A program made the position numbers and the translations under genes. The notes under the pieces were generated by a model. The model did not search any database and was not told the DNA's origin. It saw only the letters and a program-made list of their open reading frames with translations. Source: Felis catus (lineage: Eukaryota). Taken from it: 64,000 nucleotides of DNA. Of the stretch, positions 1 to 15,200 are shown piece after piece. Where the stretch lies: the NCBI RefSeq assembly GCF_018350175.1, contig NC_058368.1:172052001-172116000 (forward strand), read 5' to 3'. How positions within the stretch are numbered: the stretch's first letter is position 1; the number at the start of each line of letters is the position of its first letter.

Positions 1-2468
1 TGAGGAAAATGAGTGGAACTAAGTAGCAGGGCAGCTCCTCCCCATCCCCTCCTGCTCTGTCCCCTTGAGCTGTGTGTAACAGCTTCTGAGCATCTCCTCC
101 TAATGCTGCTGGGGGAGCAAAGGGTGCTCCTTCGGCCTGAGGGGCTATGTAGTAGGAGAAGGGTTATGAACCACAGTTCCTCTGCTAGCTGGGACTCCCT
201 ACCCTAGGACTCATCCGCCCCTACCCACAGCTTCCTGGGACCAGCATGGACTGGCATGTGGTCTTCCTCCATCCCAGTGCCTAACAGAACAGCTGATACT
301 GTTAGAGGAAAAGGAGCTTACAGGTCAAAATAACAGGAGATTTGAAAAGCACAACCGTTTCAAAAAGAAAGACAACACGATCAACTACCAAATTCTATCA
401 GCAATAGAAATATTAGAACTAACCAAGACTTAAGCTAAATTGCTAACTATGTCAGAAGAAACAGAGCAATAAGAAACAAGAACGAGAAAATATAGGAAAG
501 AGACAAGCAAAAATATTAGATACAAAAGAGTTGAAATAAAGAATACGCTGTGTGGCATATATAACAGAATGGAGTAAACTTGAAAACTGGAAGGGAAGAT
601 TGAAAAATATGTATCAATGAATAAATACATTACTTACAGAAGAAAACATCCATAGATTGTAAAAACAGCTAAGGCCAGAGATAAAGCAAAAATGTATCCA
701 TAACTGCCCAGAATTAAAAATGAAGACAACATCAACATGTTGGTAGGTGGGGTGAGGGAGACCAAAGAATGAGAGCTTCCTGCATCTAATTTCCTTTATC
801 TAAATTTCTTTAGACAAAAAATTTAAAAGAAAGTAAATAGAAATGTAGAAACAGTAAGACAAATTGAACTAACAAGGACCCTCAAAATAGGTCTGAATAT
901 GTAAATAAGAAAACAATGATTAGTTCCAGGGAAAATAAAAAACAGCAAGAACACTACATGTACATGCTATGTACACTATATGGTATAACTAAATGGTATT
1001 TACAAAGTCACAATAATGTAAGTGGTGAATGTGTATCTAACCAAAATTATGATACAAACACCTGAGGAAGATGGGGACACAGGAGGACTGCATGTGTATG
1101 TCAGGGACAAGCCAGGAAAGGGAACCAAATCCTACCAGTAGGAATCAAGAGCTAATGTGTCAAATAGAAAAATTAAAAGGTGGCTAGACAAGAATGTTAT
1201 TTAGAAACACAGAGGTAAATGACAAAATAATCTGCCATAAATGTAGGGATAATGGTTGCTTTTAAGGAATGCAGTATAGGCAGCAGGGTTTGCTGTTTTT
1301 CTTTAAAAATCTTACAGAAGTATCTGAGTCTTCATTTCACGGACGACTTTTAAAAAAATGAATACTTCAGAGTATGAAGGGAAAGAAGAGAACTCAGAAT
1401 TCATAAGGGCTGGAATCCCCACTCTCTACAGCTTGGGAAGTCTGGCCCCATGAGCCTGAGGTACCATCTACATTCTATGCAACTAATGGGAAGCAGGTGT
1501 CTTCCACAGAAGACACTCAAGGAACCAACTGAACACAGTTTGTCCTATCTAGAAAGAAAGAACCACTCTATCAAAAGATGTTGACTTCTTCATTCTCAGT
1601 CAGAATCAATACAGGTCCCATTAGGAATGAGTTTCAACTTCCTAATCCTTGTCCTCACATGGTGGTGACCAAGGCTAGATTTCTACCAAACACGAGGTGT
1701 GGCAGGGCTGATCCCTGACCACTGCACCTGTCAAAGTTATCAAAATGACTTCCTCAGAGAGCCCACTTCACATCTTCATTCTCCAAATGTATATAAGAAA
1801 TAAGATGGTTTTTTTTTTCTTCTAATGACTCCTGGGGTGCCTGGGTGGCTCAGTCAGTTAAGTGTCGGACTCTTGATCTTAGCTCAGGTCATGATCTCAC
1901 AGTTAGTGAGATCGAGCCCTGAGTCGAGTTGTCTGCTGACAGAACAGAGCCTGCTTGGGATTCTCTCTCCCCCTCTCTCTCTGCCCCACCCCTGCTCACA
2001 CTCTCTCTCAAAATCGATACATAAACTTAAAAAAAGCAAGAAAGCAAGAAAGCAAGAAAGAAAGGAAGGAAGGAAGAAAGGAAGGAAGGAAGAAAGAATG
2101 ACTCCCACACACCACTGTAAATAATCAATGGCCTGCCTAAATGTGCAGTGCTTCTGCATCAAACCTAGGTAACACTGCCTTAAGGAAGGATCTTGGTAAA
2201 CTAACAACAATGCTTGTGCTAGGTCACAGTATTTCCATCTTTTATTACCAAACACATCTTGAATACACAATTGCTTTGGCTGTTTCCAAGGCAGTATACA
2301 AAATAAGGGAGGTGTGTCGAATTCTGTTTTCCTATTTATAATCTGAGGCAGAGCCACAGATGTCCAACACTCAAGCATCTGTTCCTGTTATATAGGTCCT
2401 AAGATGGAATTTATTTTAGTGGTAGGGCACAAAGCAAATACATAGATGGAAGGAAACAGAGAAGTTCA

Positions 2469-2717
<249 letters not shown>

Positions 2718-5351
2718 TCAGGCAAATGTATGCACCTTGTCATGGAGATAAGAATACAACGTAAGAAGCAATCTGGAAATAACAAGCCATTGTGACTACC
2801 TGTTACCAGTCTTCTTGTCACCAGAGAAACCAGCACTAGCTGTCCCCTGGATTTCCACTCTATCTTAACCAGGCACCAGGAGATATCACCAATGACTGGG
2901 AACTCCCAAGTGCAGGCCTGCCTCCAGAGCTTTATCAAGGATTCTTAAAAAAAAAAAAAAGAAAAAAAAAAAGAGAAAGAAAAGAAAAAGAATTCTCTTA
3001 TGGCAGGGAGCCTGGCTGGCTCAGTCGGTCAGTGGAGTATGTGACTCTTGATCTCAAGGTTGTAAGTCTGAGTCCCATGTTGGGTACAGAGATTATTTAA
3101 AAGTAAAATCATTTCAAAAAAAAAGAATTCTCTCATGGTAACTTAGTTTTTATGTACTTTTAATAACTGAGCTATATTATGGGTAAGTAGAAACTTCCAC
3201 AAAGGAACTTCTGGGACATAGGTCAGATACTGCCCAAAGTCTGTAACATAACTTCATAACAAACAGGTGAAAACAAGTATCATGGTGTCTATTTGGTTCT
3301 ATCATTGTGTGATCTTTTGGCTGTAGCCTCTTTCCCTCATCAGTTAATAACATGACTTTCTTAGTACCAGCTACTGCTTAAACAAATTTCATTCTGCAAA
3401 TGAATGGAAATAAGTTTAAAATAATCTGTTACTTCTGGGGCACCTGGATGAGTGGAGCCTGCTTAAGACTCTCTCTCACTCTCTCTCTCAAAATAAATAA
3501 ACATTTAATTAATTAATCTTTTACTTCTGAATCACAGAAATTTCTTTCATGCCTGGGAATCTCTTCATTCTAAAGCTGAATTCCTTAATTTTTTAATCCT
3601 ATCCTAACACATGTCTGGACGCTTATCAGAACTGAGCTGGACTAACACAGGAAACTCGAAGTTCTATGAATAATATTGTTAGCTTATGAGATGGGCTAAC
3701 TGCTGAAAATACTTGGTAAGATGGGTTCCCCAAAGGGACCGTTAGACTGCTGAATCATGCTGAGTCATTCTCTAAGAAAGCCTCTGAAGTGATGAGAAGC
3801 AGCTGTGGGCTTGAGGTCCGCTTGTATGCCTGGGTGTTGTAAGAAAACAACCAAAGAGGGGAAAGTTCTAGCTGACTGAGATGAGTGCTAATGACATGAG
3901 GAAGAGAAGAGGAAGAAGAGATAAAATCAATACCTCTCTGCAAGCCAAGACAACGCAAAAGTTTTTCAACTTACACAAAAGAATCATAAAATGAATTTAT
4001 GAGAGCAGATTATAAAATAATGGCTTGTAACTTGTGGACTATATGTGTTCCAGCTTTCCTCAGATAGAAGCTGGCAAATGTAACAAAAGGCCAAAGGAAA
4101 AGCGTGGGCAAGCACATTAACCAAAGAACTAACAGTGGTATCCCCTTTACACATAAGGCCATTTTCCTATCCATTTCTATTTAAGTGGATCTTTTAAGTT
4201 ATTAGTTATTAGTTTGATAAAGATTTGTTTCTTAGATGTCACTCCTGGGCAGAGGGGATATGGAGTTATATTTCACTTAAGGTCTTCATTTTGGAAACCA
4301 AAGCAATTCATGACTATGTAGTAAACAAACATCCAGTAAACAAATGTATCCACACATAAATATAAACTGAAATATACATTTCATGGAAACATTCTGGTAT
4401 TTTCATTTCCATTCTATGTCATTGTTTTTAAGAGGTTAGTCAAGATCCACAGATTCAAAAACAGAAAAACCACCCCAAACAGTTCAAGTTCTGTGCTTGA
4501 AGGAATAAATTTTTAAATAGTTAATTTCCATAACTTATAAACACTAGGCATTCAAAGGCTTCCATGTTAATACACTTGGAAAACTACGTAGTAACATCGA
4601 AAGCAGGAAGAAAAGAGCTCCAAACAACACACAGGTTGATCACAACTTTGTAGAAAACCAAGGCACATGAAAGAGGTCAGGACAAAACCAGATTCTTATT
4701 AGGCTGAAGAGATTTTTAATAGAATTTCTCAGATAATTGAAGCATTTAATTACTGTTTTAATTTAAAATACCATAAGGGCACCTTGGTGGTTGAGTCGGT
4801 TAAGTGTCCAATTCTTGATTTCATCTCAGGTCATGCTCTCACGTTTTGTGGGATAGAGCCCTACATCGGGCTCTGGGCTAACAGCATGGAGTCTGCTTGG
4901 TTTCTCTCTCTCCCTCTCCCACTCTGCTCCCCCTTCCTGCTGGCACATGTGTTCCCTCTCTCTCTCTCAAAATAAATAAAACAATAAACTAGCCACAATA
5001 AGAAAGAACATAAGTGACAGTCCATAGGTGTGGAACCTGAGAATCAAAATGGTGAAGCACTCCAATCTAGTTATGGGAAGAGTAGAGAAGAGCTTAAAAC
5101 TGGCATTTCCTGAGTGCTATTTATTTATATACTTCCTTGTCCAAGTGCATGGACATAGGTGACTATTCAACAATACACTCCACAGCCTTGTACTTCTACT
5201 GAATCATATTTCAACACAGTATATCAGAATGAGGATGTAGCAACTTATCAGGCAACACAGGAATTCAAAAATCTTAAGCACTCTACACCCTTCCATTCTA
5301 GCCAAAATGGCACAGCTAAAGAATGGGAAGAGGTAGGAACCTAATAATTTT

Positions 5352-5862
5352 CCTCCCCAACATCATTTACTGACAAGAATATCTTTTCCCCACCTCATGT
5401 TCTTGCCTCCTTTGTTGTAGATTAACCATATAAGCATTATTGACCATGAAAGCATGAGCTAATTTCTGGGCTCCCTATACTGTTCCATTGATCTATGTGT
5501 CTATTTATGTGCCAGTATCATACTGTTTTACTGTGGCTTTGTAATCGATCTTGAAGTCTGGCATTGTGATACCTGCAGCTTTGTTCTTTCTCGAGATTGC
5601 TTTTGCCATTCAGGGTCTTTTACGATTCCGTACAAATGTTAAGATTATTTGTTCTAGTTCTGTGAAAAGTGCTGCTGCTATTTTGATAGGGATTACATGG
5701 AATCTGCAGATTGCCTTTAGTATGGATATTTTAACAATATTAATGCTTTCACTCCATAAGTGTGTTATATCTTTCCATCTATGTCCTCTTCAATTACTTT
5801 CATCAATGCCTCATAGTGTTCAGAGTATACATCTTTCACATCCTTGGTTAAATTTTACCTAA
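5352..5862 (-). mobile_element. Internal L1 ORF2 fragment
   Basis: Similar to the L1 segment at about 26890-27380 of this window (gttccattgatctatgtgtct...ttggttaaattt). No 3' UTR or poly(A) seen. Confidence 0.8.
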
Positions 5863-8800
5863 GAGTTATTTTAATTTCATAATAGCCCTATGATGTAAGG
5901 ATTGTTATTTTCAGGAAATACTGGGGCTTAAGGAAGAAAAACAACATGTGCAGGGCTCCTAGCTACAAGCAGCAGAGACTGGGGGCACCTGGCTGTCTCA
6001 CTCAGTAGAGTGTGCGACTCTTGATCTCGGGTTCATGAGTTCAAGCCCCATATTGGGTGGAGAGCTTACTTTAAAAAGAAATTGAACAAGTAGCAGAGGT
6101 TGGATTTACACCCAAGATTAACTCCAACAAAACCCGTGCCTATTTCACTATCCCAGGCTGTTTCCCTATTTAGAACAACTCACCACCAGGCTGCATAACA
6201 CTTAGCAAAATGTCTGGTACCAAGTAGGCATTTAATAAATATTTACTGCATTACTATAAATACAAAAAGAGTTCATAATATTTCTTTTGGAAGGGACCAG
6301 AATGATCTAGTCTTGTGCTGAAGAAAACCAAGACCCAAAAAGGGTAAATTGGTCACAGAAGACAAATAAGAGAAGGCAGTCTCAAGGCCCAGATCCTTAG
6401 AGAAGCCTTCCACCCTCCAACCTGCTTACCCGAGGGGGGACAGGCAGAGGTGGGGAGGGAAGGGAGGGTATCAGAAGTGAACAGGACATGTTCTGAGTTG
6501 GTGCCCTAGTCCACTGTTTCTCAAACTTAGATGATGATCCATAACCACCTACAGAACTAGTTAAACATACATGCCTGGGTTCTTTTCAGACCTAGTGATT
6601 CAGACTCTGGCATGTAGAGCTTTAAGCTTTAGAAAGTTGTGCAGGTGATCCTAAGGCTGAGCCAAGTTTCAGAACTATTGGTCAAAGTTTCAGTCTCAGC
6701 ACCACCTCTGCATATCTTTTCCAGGAAAGAAAACCCAAATGATGGATTTGTAGCTAAAGGGTAGGTTACCCCTTTCCCGCAACAAACAAGAGGCCAGGAG
6801 AGAAGTAAAGTTAGACAGAGAAGGCAAACTGAATGATATCTCTGCTACAATTAGGATGAGTCACTCTAAGATAATGTAGAACGCTCACCTGAGCATTCTC
6901 AAACTTGTAAAAGAATTCAAGATAAAAACATCTCCTAAACAAAACTCTTTTGCTAAAATTTTAAGAACCAATCTAAAAGTCCTCTATTACGTTGGCTAGA
7001 ATATCAACCTCCCCTGGGGCTTTTCGATCTCTAGCTAAACCCCAGAGGAGTTCTGGAACTATCCCAAAGACAGCTGGCAACAATTCCAACCACTCTCCCC
7101 ACAGGCCTGGGCCATTGTCTTATTTATTCTCAATGTGCCCTTGCCCTTAAGTGAGCTTTGTTAGCCATACCACAGACACTAAACCTGGGTTTAGAACTAC
7201 ACATTCACAAAAGACAGACACCATGGTCTTAGATTGCTCTCTGCAGACTCACTGCCATATTCTCACTACTGATCCAAAGCCTGGTCACTTGGGCTTGGTT
7301 CTATGGCTTCTTTGTTCTCTCTCTCCTCAGCCACCTACCATGTTCCAGGGGCAGAGCTTGGTCTACCTCAAGCAAAGGGCAAAAAAGAAATGAGGCCTGG
7401 GTGAGCAGCAGAAACATGGCTAAGGTGCAGAAAATGGCTGTAAATACTATACATGGGAGGGGTTAGCAGTTCTAAAAATTCACAGAGCAGAATTAGAAAT
7501 TGTAGAATGTTGAGTTAGAAGCTGTCTTAGAGACAAACTGTTCATGTTCTATATTGTATAGACCAACATATGAAGTTCAAAGAGAAAAGACTGATATTAA
7601 AGTAATTTCAATGAAAATAAAATATTATGAAGTATGTGTCTACAGGTTTTTTAAGGGCAGCAATGGGCTGTGTAAATACATTTTGGTATATCCATACAAT
7701 GAAATATTCTGAAGTCTTTAAAAAGGATATTAACAAAGAAAGATGTCCAAGCTACAATGTTGAATGTAAAAAGTAGATAACTTTGTGTTTTGAAAAAAAA
7801 GAGACATGGACATCTATTTCTATGTGTTTACAGATCAAGAATGGTATCCAGAAGCATATATTTCAAATTGTGTAAAGTTAATCCTGGGCATTGGGACTGC
7901 AGAATTTCACTTTTTTAAGGTCTTTGTAATGAGCCTGTGCAATATTTTTATAACAAGAGAAAGGAAAAATATTTCTATGTGGGAGAAAAAAATAAACACC
8001 AGGCTTTCTATAACTACTTCCTCCTATGGGACTGTCTCTTTAGGGCTTTGTTAAACACTGAAGTGAACATCAGGCATATTCATTTAATTTCTCTCTTGAG
8101 GAAACAGCTCATGGTTTTCTTACAAACTTCTCTAACAATGATCAGACACACCCTCGTGTTTTAGAGCATTAAAAGGTTTTCAATAACACACATATAAACA
8201 CATAAAGACACAGAGAGAAGAGAGTCCTGTAGTCCAACACATGGAATGGACTCATTCTAATTTTCTATTTCAAAAAAGCAAACTATCAAAAATTTATTAA
8301 TTACAGGGTGCCTGGGGCTCAGTTGGTTAAGCATCTGACTTGTGATTTCAGCTCAGGTCATGATTTCGAGCCCCATGTCAGGCTCTGCCACTGACAACAC
8401 AGAGCCTGCTTGGGATTCTCTCTCCCTCTTTCTCTGCTTCTCCTCTGCTCGCACATGTGCATGTGCTTTCTGTCTCTCAAAATATATCAACATTTTGAAA
8501 AATTATTAATTACTCTGGATGATGGAATAGCCTGGCTTTTCCCTCCATTCCTTCCCAATGCTCATCTGGCTTTGCATCACTTCACCACCCTTGGCATGCA
8601 CCTTGTATCCCAGTTCCAGCACTTACTAGGCACATGACCTTGAGCAAGTTATTCTGGGCCTTACTTTCCTCATTTGTCAAGAAGGAATGATAAACCTGAT
8701 CGTGCTGTTATGAAGATTAAATGATTACATGCAAAGCACTTAGAATCAGTGACTTGAACCAAGTAAGGTCTCATTAAATATAACCTTAATAGATAGTACT

Positions 8801-10545
8801 TATAATGTGGTAATAATTTAATATTATTATTATTATTATTATTGGGAGGCAAGAGAGTAAAAAAAGCTTAGTCCTTCTGGCTAAGTACAGCTGGTAGAGG
8901 GTTAACAGCATTGTTAATAAGGCTAAAAGGAGATTAGAGAATTACCCATGGATTTTAATTACACTTCACTCTCCAAATCCCAATGCTATAGAGAGTAAAG
9001 AGCTGAAATCCCCAAATCCCATTGGCAGGTCAATGCGAACAAACTCAGACACTGGTGAAAACATTTTTCAGGCCCATGGTGTGAAGGTTCATGGGCCAAA
9101 ATTCTTTACATTGGTATTGGATTGGTACTGATATGCACAGAACCCACTGGCCAGACCACTGGGATCCTCCAGTGACTGGTACCGGCTGCCTTCACCCTTC
9201 CACGTCCCATCAGTTTGTTTACCCCTTTATTGCTGTTTTCTAAAAGCAAGGGCAGGAATGAAGGATAGTGAAAGGATAGCATTAAACATGTGTAAAGAGG
9301 GTGCCTGGGTGGCTCAGTCAAGCGTCTGACTTCGGCTCAGGTCATGATCTCACGGTTCATGAGTTCGAGTCTCACATCACGGTGAGCACAAGCCCCGCAT
9401 TGGGTGAGCCCTGCTTCTCTCTCTCCCTCTCTCTCTCTGCCCCTCCTGGGAGTCTCTCTCTTTCTGCCTCTTGCTCACTTGTGCCCTCTCTCTCTTTCTC
9501 TCTCTCAAAAAAAAAAAAAAAAAAAAGGAGAGAGAGAAAGAGAAACATGTGTAAAGAAAACAAAGTTTGCACAGAGGTAATCTTGGGCTACCAGTATTCT
9601 CTCCCTCCAAATCTGAGTCATTATTCAGAGAACCTAAAATATTCCCTGCCCCATATGGTAATCCACCACAGAAAATCAGTGACAGATTCATTCAGATGCA
9701 AGTATATATACTGAGCACCAACAATGCAACTGACATTGTAATTAAAGCCCTTGGGGCCAAAACAGACTCAAGGACCAAAAGCCAACAGTCAAAAAATAGT
9801 TCCCCTGCTAATTAAGGAGCATATGTGTGATTGGGGAAGGGTCTTATGAAGGAGGGTTATGGAGGCAGAGTTATGGGAAACTGGAAATCTTAACAGAAAC
9901 AAAAAGTAAAAAATGGGATTTAAGATTTTAAAATTGTTAAAATGACACCCAGTGCTTAGCAACATGCACACCACTGTACCATAACAGAAGAAAACCATCA
10001 GCCATACCACATATTTGCAAACCTGGAAGAACACACTCTGATTGTACTTTTTTGCTCTTGGAATAATAATGTCTTAAGGACCCAAAAAAGTAAGTGGAAA
10101 AAATTAATGAAAATTAATGAAAGGAGGTCTTTCCTTAATCATTTAAAAGCTCAATTACCTAGAGTTCATCACAACAATGATTAGTTTTCCTCTTTGTAGG
10201 TTAGTAAAACCACCCTTAATTAAGCACTTACTGAATGCTAGATTCTGTGCCAAGTGTTTGACATATACTATCCACCCCTTTTGCTCAAGAAAATTGACCT
10301 TTATGAAAGTTAATCTGATTTGCCCAAGAGTTAATACAGCTAGTAATTATCAGGTCTATATACATATGCTTCTGATCACTCACACCAAAGAAATTCAGGT
10401 ATACACCACCTGAATGGTACATGGTTCATATGTAACTTGGCCACTACAATTCAGATTAGCCAAATGACATAAAATTAAATAATATATTTCTTCAAAGCAC
10501 TGGCTTTACTACTAAAACCAATTGTATCCATCCATGGAAGTTTAA

Positions 10546-10788
10546 TTTTTTTTTTTTTAATTTTTAAAAAAAATTTTTTTTCAATGTTTTTTATTTATTT
10601 TTGGGACAGAGAGAGACAGAGCATGAACGGGGGAGGGGCAGAGAGAGAGGGAGACACAGAATCGGAAACAGGCTCCAGGCTCCGAGCCATCAGCCCAGAG
10701 CCCGATGCGGGGCTCGAACTCACAGACCGCAAGATCGTGACCTGGCTGAAGTCGGACGCTTAACCGACTGAGCCACCCAGGCGCCCCG
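10546..10788 (-). mobile_element. Young SINEC_Fc (CanSINE) in REEP5 intron 2
   Basis: tRNA-derived head, (CT)n, A tail, CpGs retained. TSD atggaagtttaatttt. Confidence 0.93.
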
Positions 10789-12103
10789 ATGGAAGTTTAA
10801 TTTTAATGAGTCCATTATATCACCAGACTGACAGTGAATCAAAAAAAAAAAGCAGTTAATAAAACAACCTATAATAATAAACAGCCTTGAGATATGCTGT
10901 TGGTAAAGAACAGAAAGAAATCTGCCTCGATTCCACTTGGTTTGTTTTATCTCTAACATGGTAAATTTTATTTAATAGCAAATATTCCCGAGTTCAAGGT
11001 AGATTATTTGAAGCCTAAATATGAAGAATACAGACCATAATGTTTATAATCCTTTTTGATACGGCAAACATATAATGTGACCATACACAGCACCCACTAT
11101 GCATGAGACTACTTCTGCTGCGTTAATTTATCAGAGAGTGTGATTTAGGAACTCCTGAGAGCTCAAAAAGGTTTACTAATTTCTTATTACCTTGGTTGAG
11201 AAGAATGCCACTGCAAATCTTATTTGACACATACAGTGCATCAAATTAGAAGAAAAAATTACATATTTTAAGACATAAACACTAGTTTGTTTCCATGCTA
11301 ATAAAAACATTTTTCTTCTTCATGGAAGAAAAGAAGGTAAGAAGCCATGGGCACTCAGAGTTACTTGTTTTCCACTGCAGAGTAGTTGTGCTCTCAAAGC
11401 AAGAAAGAGGCTCCTGTACAGAGCTAGAGAAACTAATGGAAGAAAATAGAACATATGAAAAACTCCATTTGCTTATTATGATTTATATCAAGCCAGCCCT
11501 CCTCCCCTCTTCAAAAAAAAAAAAGAGACAAAGAAAGAAAAAAGATATGATAGGTAGTTAGGTATGCATCCTAAATATGTAGAAACTATCTTCTAAGGTT
11601 ACTATACAAGAAAAATGAAAATATATCAAACTCCTTTACTCTTTAATATGGTGTTTGTTCTCCTATATAAAATGACCGACTTAATGAAATACATAAATAG
11701 GCTAAATTCACAGGCAAATACATTTTAGATGAGTCTATAAAACATCTCCAAGGGAGACTGAATAATAAAACAAAAGTAGTCATTCAGTCGTCAAGTAGTT
11801 TGGTGTTTAATTACAATGATCTTATTTATTTACCAACTTCCCACCATTTTGTTTTTTAATGCAAAATGAAATATTCAGTTACAGTCAAATATAAAACATG
11901 AGGAATGTTAAAGTGTGCAGGCCAGAGAATTCAGGCATCCCTACGACTACCCCTGGCTTTGCCCCAACAAACCCATGACCCAAGTCCAGTAACTTGTTTG
12001 TGGCCTTAGTTTCCAAATCTGTAAAAGGTAGCTCTTGCCCCAGCAGCTTGATCTCTAGGACCTAAACTAGCTAACATTTTATAACTCAAAGCTTAATGTG
12101 CTA

Positions 12104-12209
12104 CTGGGTGTTGTATGGAAACCAATTTGACAATAAATTTCATATACTGAAAAAAAAATAATAAAAGATCATTCTTTCCCTGCTTGAAGGAAAAAAAAAA
12201 AAGAAAAAA
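12104..12209 (+). mobile_element. Tiny L1 3'-end insertion with a 24-nt non-L1 tail segment
   Basis: 16-bp TSD aaagcttaatgtgcta at 12088-12103 and 12210-12225. The first ~45 nt match the reverse complement of the terminal part of the L1 at 56310. Two A-tracts are present. Confidence 0.85.
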
Positions 12210-15200
12210 AAAGCTTAATGTGCTAAACTATTTGATAGTTAAAAAAAAAATGTATGCCTAAAGCAATAAAACAGCAGATGCAAATCCTACTGGAACAACC
12301 CTTTGTCAATAAAATGAATGGTTCTATAAATGTAATGTCTATGTCAAGTATAGTATCATCAAGTTTAACTTAGGCTCAAGTACCCTCACAACCTGGACAA
12401 GAATGATCTAAACTGACCTTTCCTAGACAAAAGAAGGCCACATCAAGATAGGCAGATAGCAGCCTCGAGTTACCTCTGACATGTAAGTGATCCCTTCACC
12501 AGATCACCTGGCATAACTCTCGGAGGCTGCAGGATAAATATAGTGGTCATGTGACTGAGAGGGACTGATAAGCTCTACTCCCAAGAACCAGAAGAGTGTG
12601 CTAGCGACAGACCAAAGTCAGAAGAGGTTTCTACAGGCCCCACTTATATTTCAATTGCTACAAAAAGCCATTTCATGAACAATTTTTGAAACTGCTTTCC
12701 AATTCTAAATTAATTCATTGTTCCTCAAAATTAACTAATTGGTAATGTTGTCAACAGTCACCAATACCTTAGAATGTCCCATATGTATTTCTAGTTGTTT
12801 TAAATACCATAAGAGGAAATGAAGTTGGAAATGGACTCCTCATTCAGAGTCAGTCTCGAAAAAGAGAACTCCAAGATGAGTTGGATGAAGGCAGAGGACA
12901 AATAAACCACATCTCTAGGGCCCTCAAAAATAGGAAAACATTTTCATTAAAATTCACAGGGAGCATTCTAGAACAGAACATTAGGAATGAGATCTCTCCT
13001 CACGACTGCTTAAGAGCCCAGAAAGTAGATCATGAGTAAGTAATTTAAATCTTTCATCTTATTTGCTCCTTAAGACCTTCCTTTCTCTATGGTACAGGCA
13101 AGGGAGATGGGGGGAACCCTAACCTAACCTAATCTAAAATTCTTGCTGTAATTGCCTACAAAAATAGTGACATGCGATTATAAGGATATTTTATTACTTT
13201 TTTTAGTTTCTCTACAATTCCATCTTAAAATAGCTCAGCAATATTAGCAGTAATACTAAGTGAAAACTCAACCAATAAAAAGCTGATAAAACTTAAACAT
13301 CTAACATCTCAGGACGCTGAAGGCAAAATTCACACAATGCCAGTAATGGAGCCAAGTGCACCGTCGGCCAGAACACCACCTGAGCTTCACACTTACCCAG
13401 AGGAGTCAAAGTGTGGGCATTCGCCACTCTGCTCTTCAGCACTCCAGCACAGAGCTTACAGTTGTAGAGAGAAAAGCTAGTGTAATAGGAACGTGAGCAG
13501 CTTAGGAGAAAGTGTATCTGCCCCCACGTTCTCAAGAGTAAAAAAGAAACAAACCATAATTACAAGTTTTTTTTGGGGGGGAAGCACCCAAGAAAACAAA
13601 CACCCCCCTTACTAATGAGTCTCAGAAGAGAACCACAAGTCCACATTCTCCAGCACCATTAGGGAAGCCTCACTTTGCGTCAGTGGACTTTGTTTTCCGA
13701 AACAGAAAGTGGTGCTCAACTGCCAGTCATACCAAGACAACTTCCTCCAATGCTCCTTCGGAGAACACCTCTGTTATAGGAGGCTGCCACTGCAAATCTT
13801 GAATGAGTTGATCTGAGTCCTTTGTAAACTATGCTCCCGCACTTTGTCTGCTGTGAATCATTAGCTAAGAAGAGGCAGTAGCTTTTACTTCTGGTTAACT
13901 GCATTACAACTCTTGTGGTTACTCTGACAGTGTCTTTCCCAAATATCACCCCCCCACACACCATCCCCCTTTCGATCTTACCGCATAGGAGTCACCCCCA
14001 AACATCTCCTCCTAAAGATTCTCTGCCTCCTGACACAGAACTAAAGGCAAGGCCACATTCTCTCAGGAAATGCAATTCAGTGTGCCATCCTCATAGGGGC
14101 TTGCCCTGGTAAAAGAGAGCAAGTCTCTGCAAATAACTAGTTATGTCACTGCTGTTGTAAATCAATGATACATAACAAGAGAAATAACTTGTTAGTTATT
14201 TCTAATACATTCTAACTCATGTTCCCAAAACACTGCAAATGCCTATGTGTGCAGATACATGACTTGGTTGGGGGGGGGGGGTAGTCCCCTATTTGAGAGA
14301 GGAAAAATACACTGCATCAAGACAGTGTATTGACAATGTCAAACTGAGAAAAGAAAAAGTTTACATCAACAGTTCAATTTTCATCTCTGCATAGGGCATG
14401 GCATGTATCTGAGACAGCCAAACAGCCACATGGAAAGTAGTGTAACAAAAAACTTAAAAACATGGGCTCTGGGTTTGTTGTTAGTAAGTAAGTAAGCAAG
14501 CTCTATGCCCAATCTGGGGCTTAAACTCATGACCCACAAGATTAAGAGTCTTATGCTCTACCGATTGAGCCACCCAGGTTCCCTGGGTTTAAATACACTT
14601 TACCATCTACTAATTGCGAGACCCTGATCAAGTTACTTCTTTCTCTGTTTCCTTATCTGTAAAATGGGAACAATCATAGTATTTAAATCAGAGGGTTGCC
14701 ATAAGGATTAAATGAGCTACATTTGTAAGGCACTTAAATAGGGATATAAGTATCTATTAAATGAAGTGCTACACAGGTATTCAGCTATGCAAAGAGCTAA
14801 AAGCAGTAACATTGTTTGTATTGGTGGCACAGTTTAAAATGGGCTGGTATGGGGTACTTGGGTGGCTCAGTCAGTTAAGCATCCGACTTCAGGTCAGGTC
14901 ATGATCTCACAGTTTGTGGGTTTGAGCCCCACATCAGGCTCTGTGCGGACAGCTCACAGCCTGAGCCTGCTTCGGATTCTGTGTCTCACTCTCTCTCTCT
15001 CTCTCCCCCTCCCCTGCTCTGTGCTCTCGCTCTCGCTCTCAAAAAATAAACATTAAAAAAAATTTTTTTAATGTGCTGGTGAGGACACAGGAGATAGAAT
15101 CACACATCACTGAAGTGGGCATGAGATTTCAAAAGTGTTGCCAAACATTAGACTGTATACAGTCATCAAAATGCTGGACTCTAAACATATTTAATCTATT

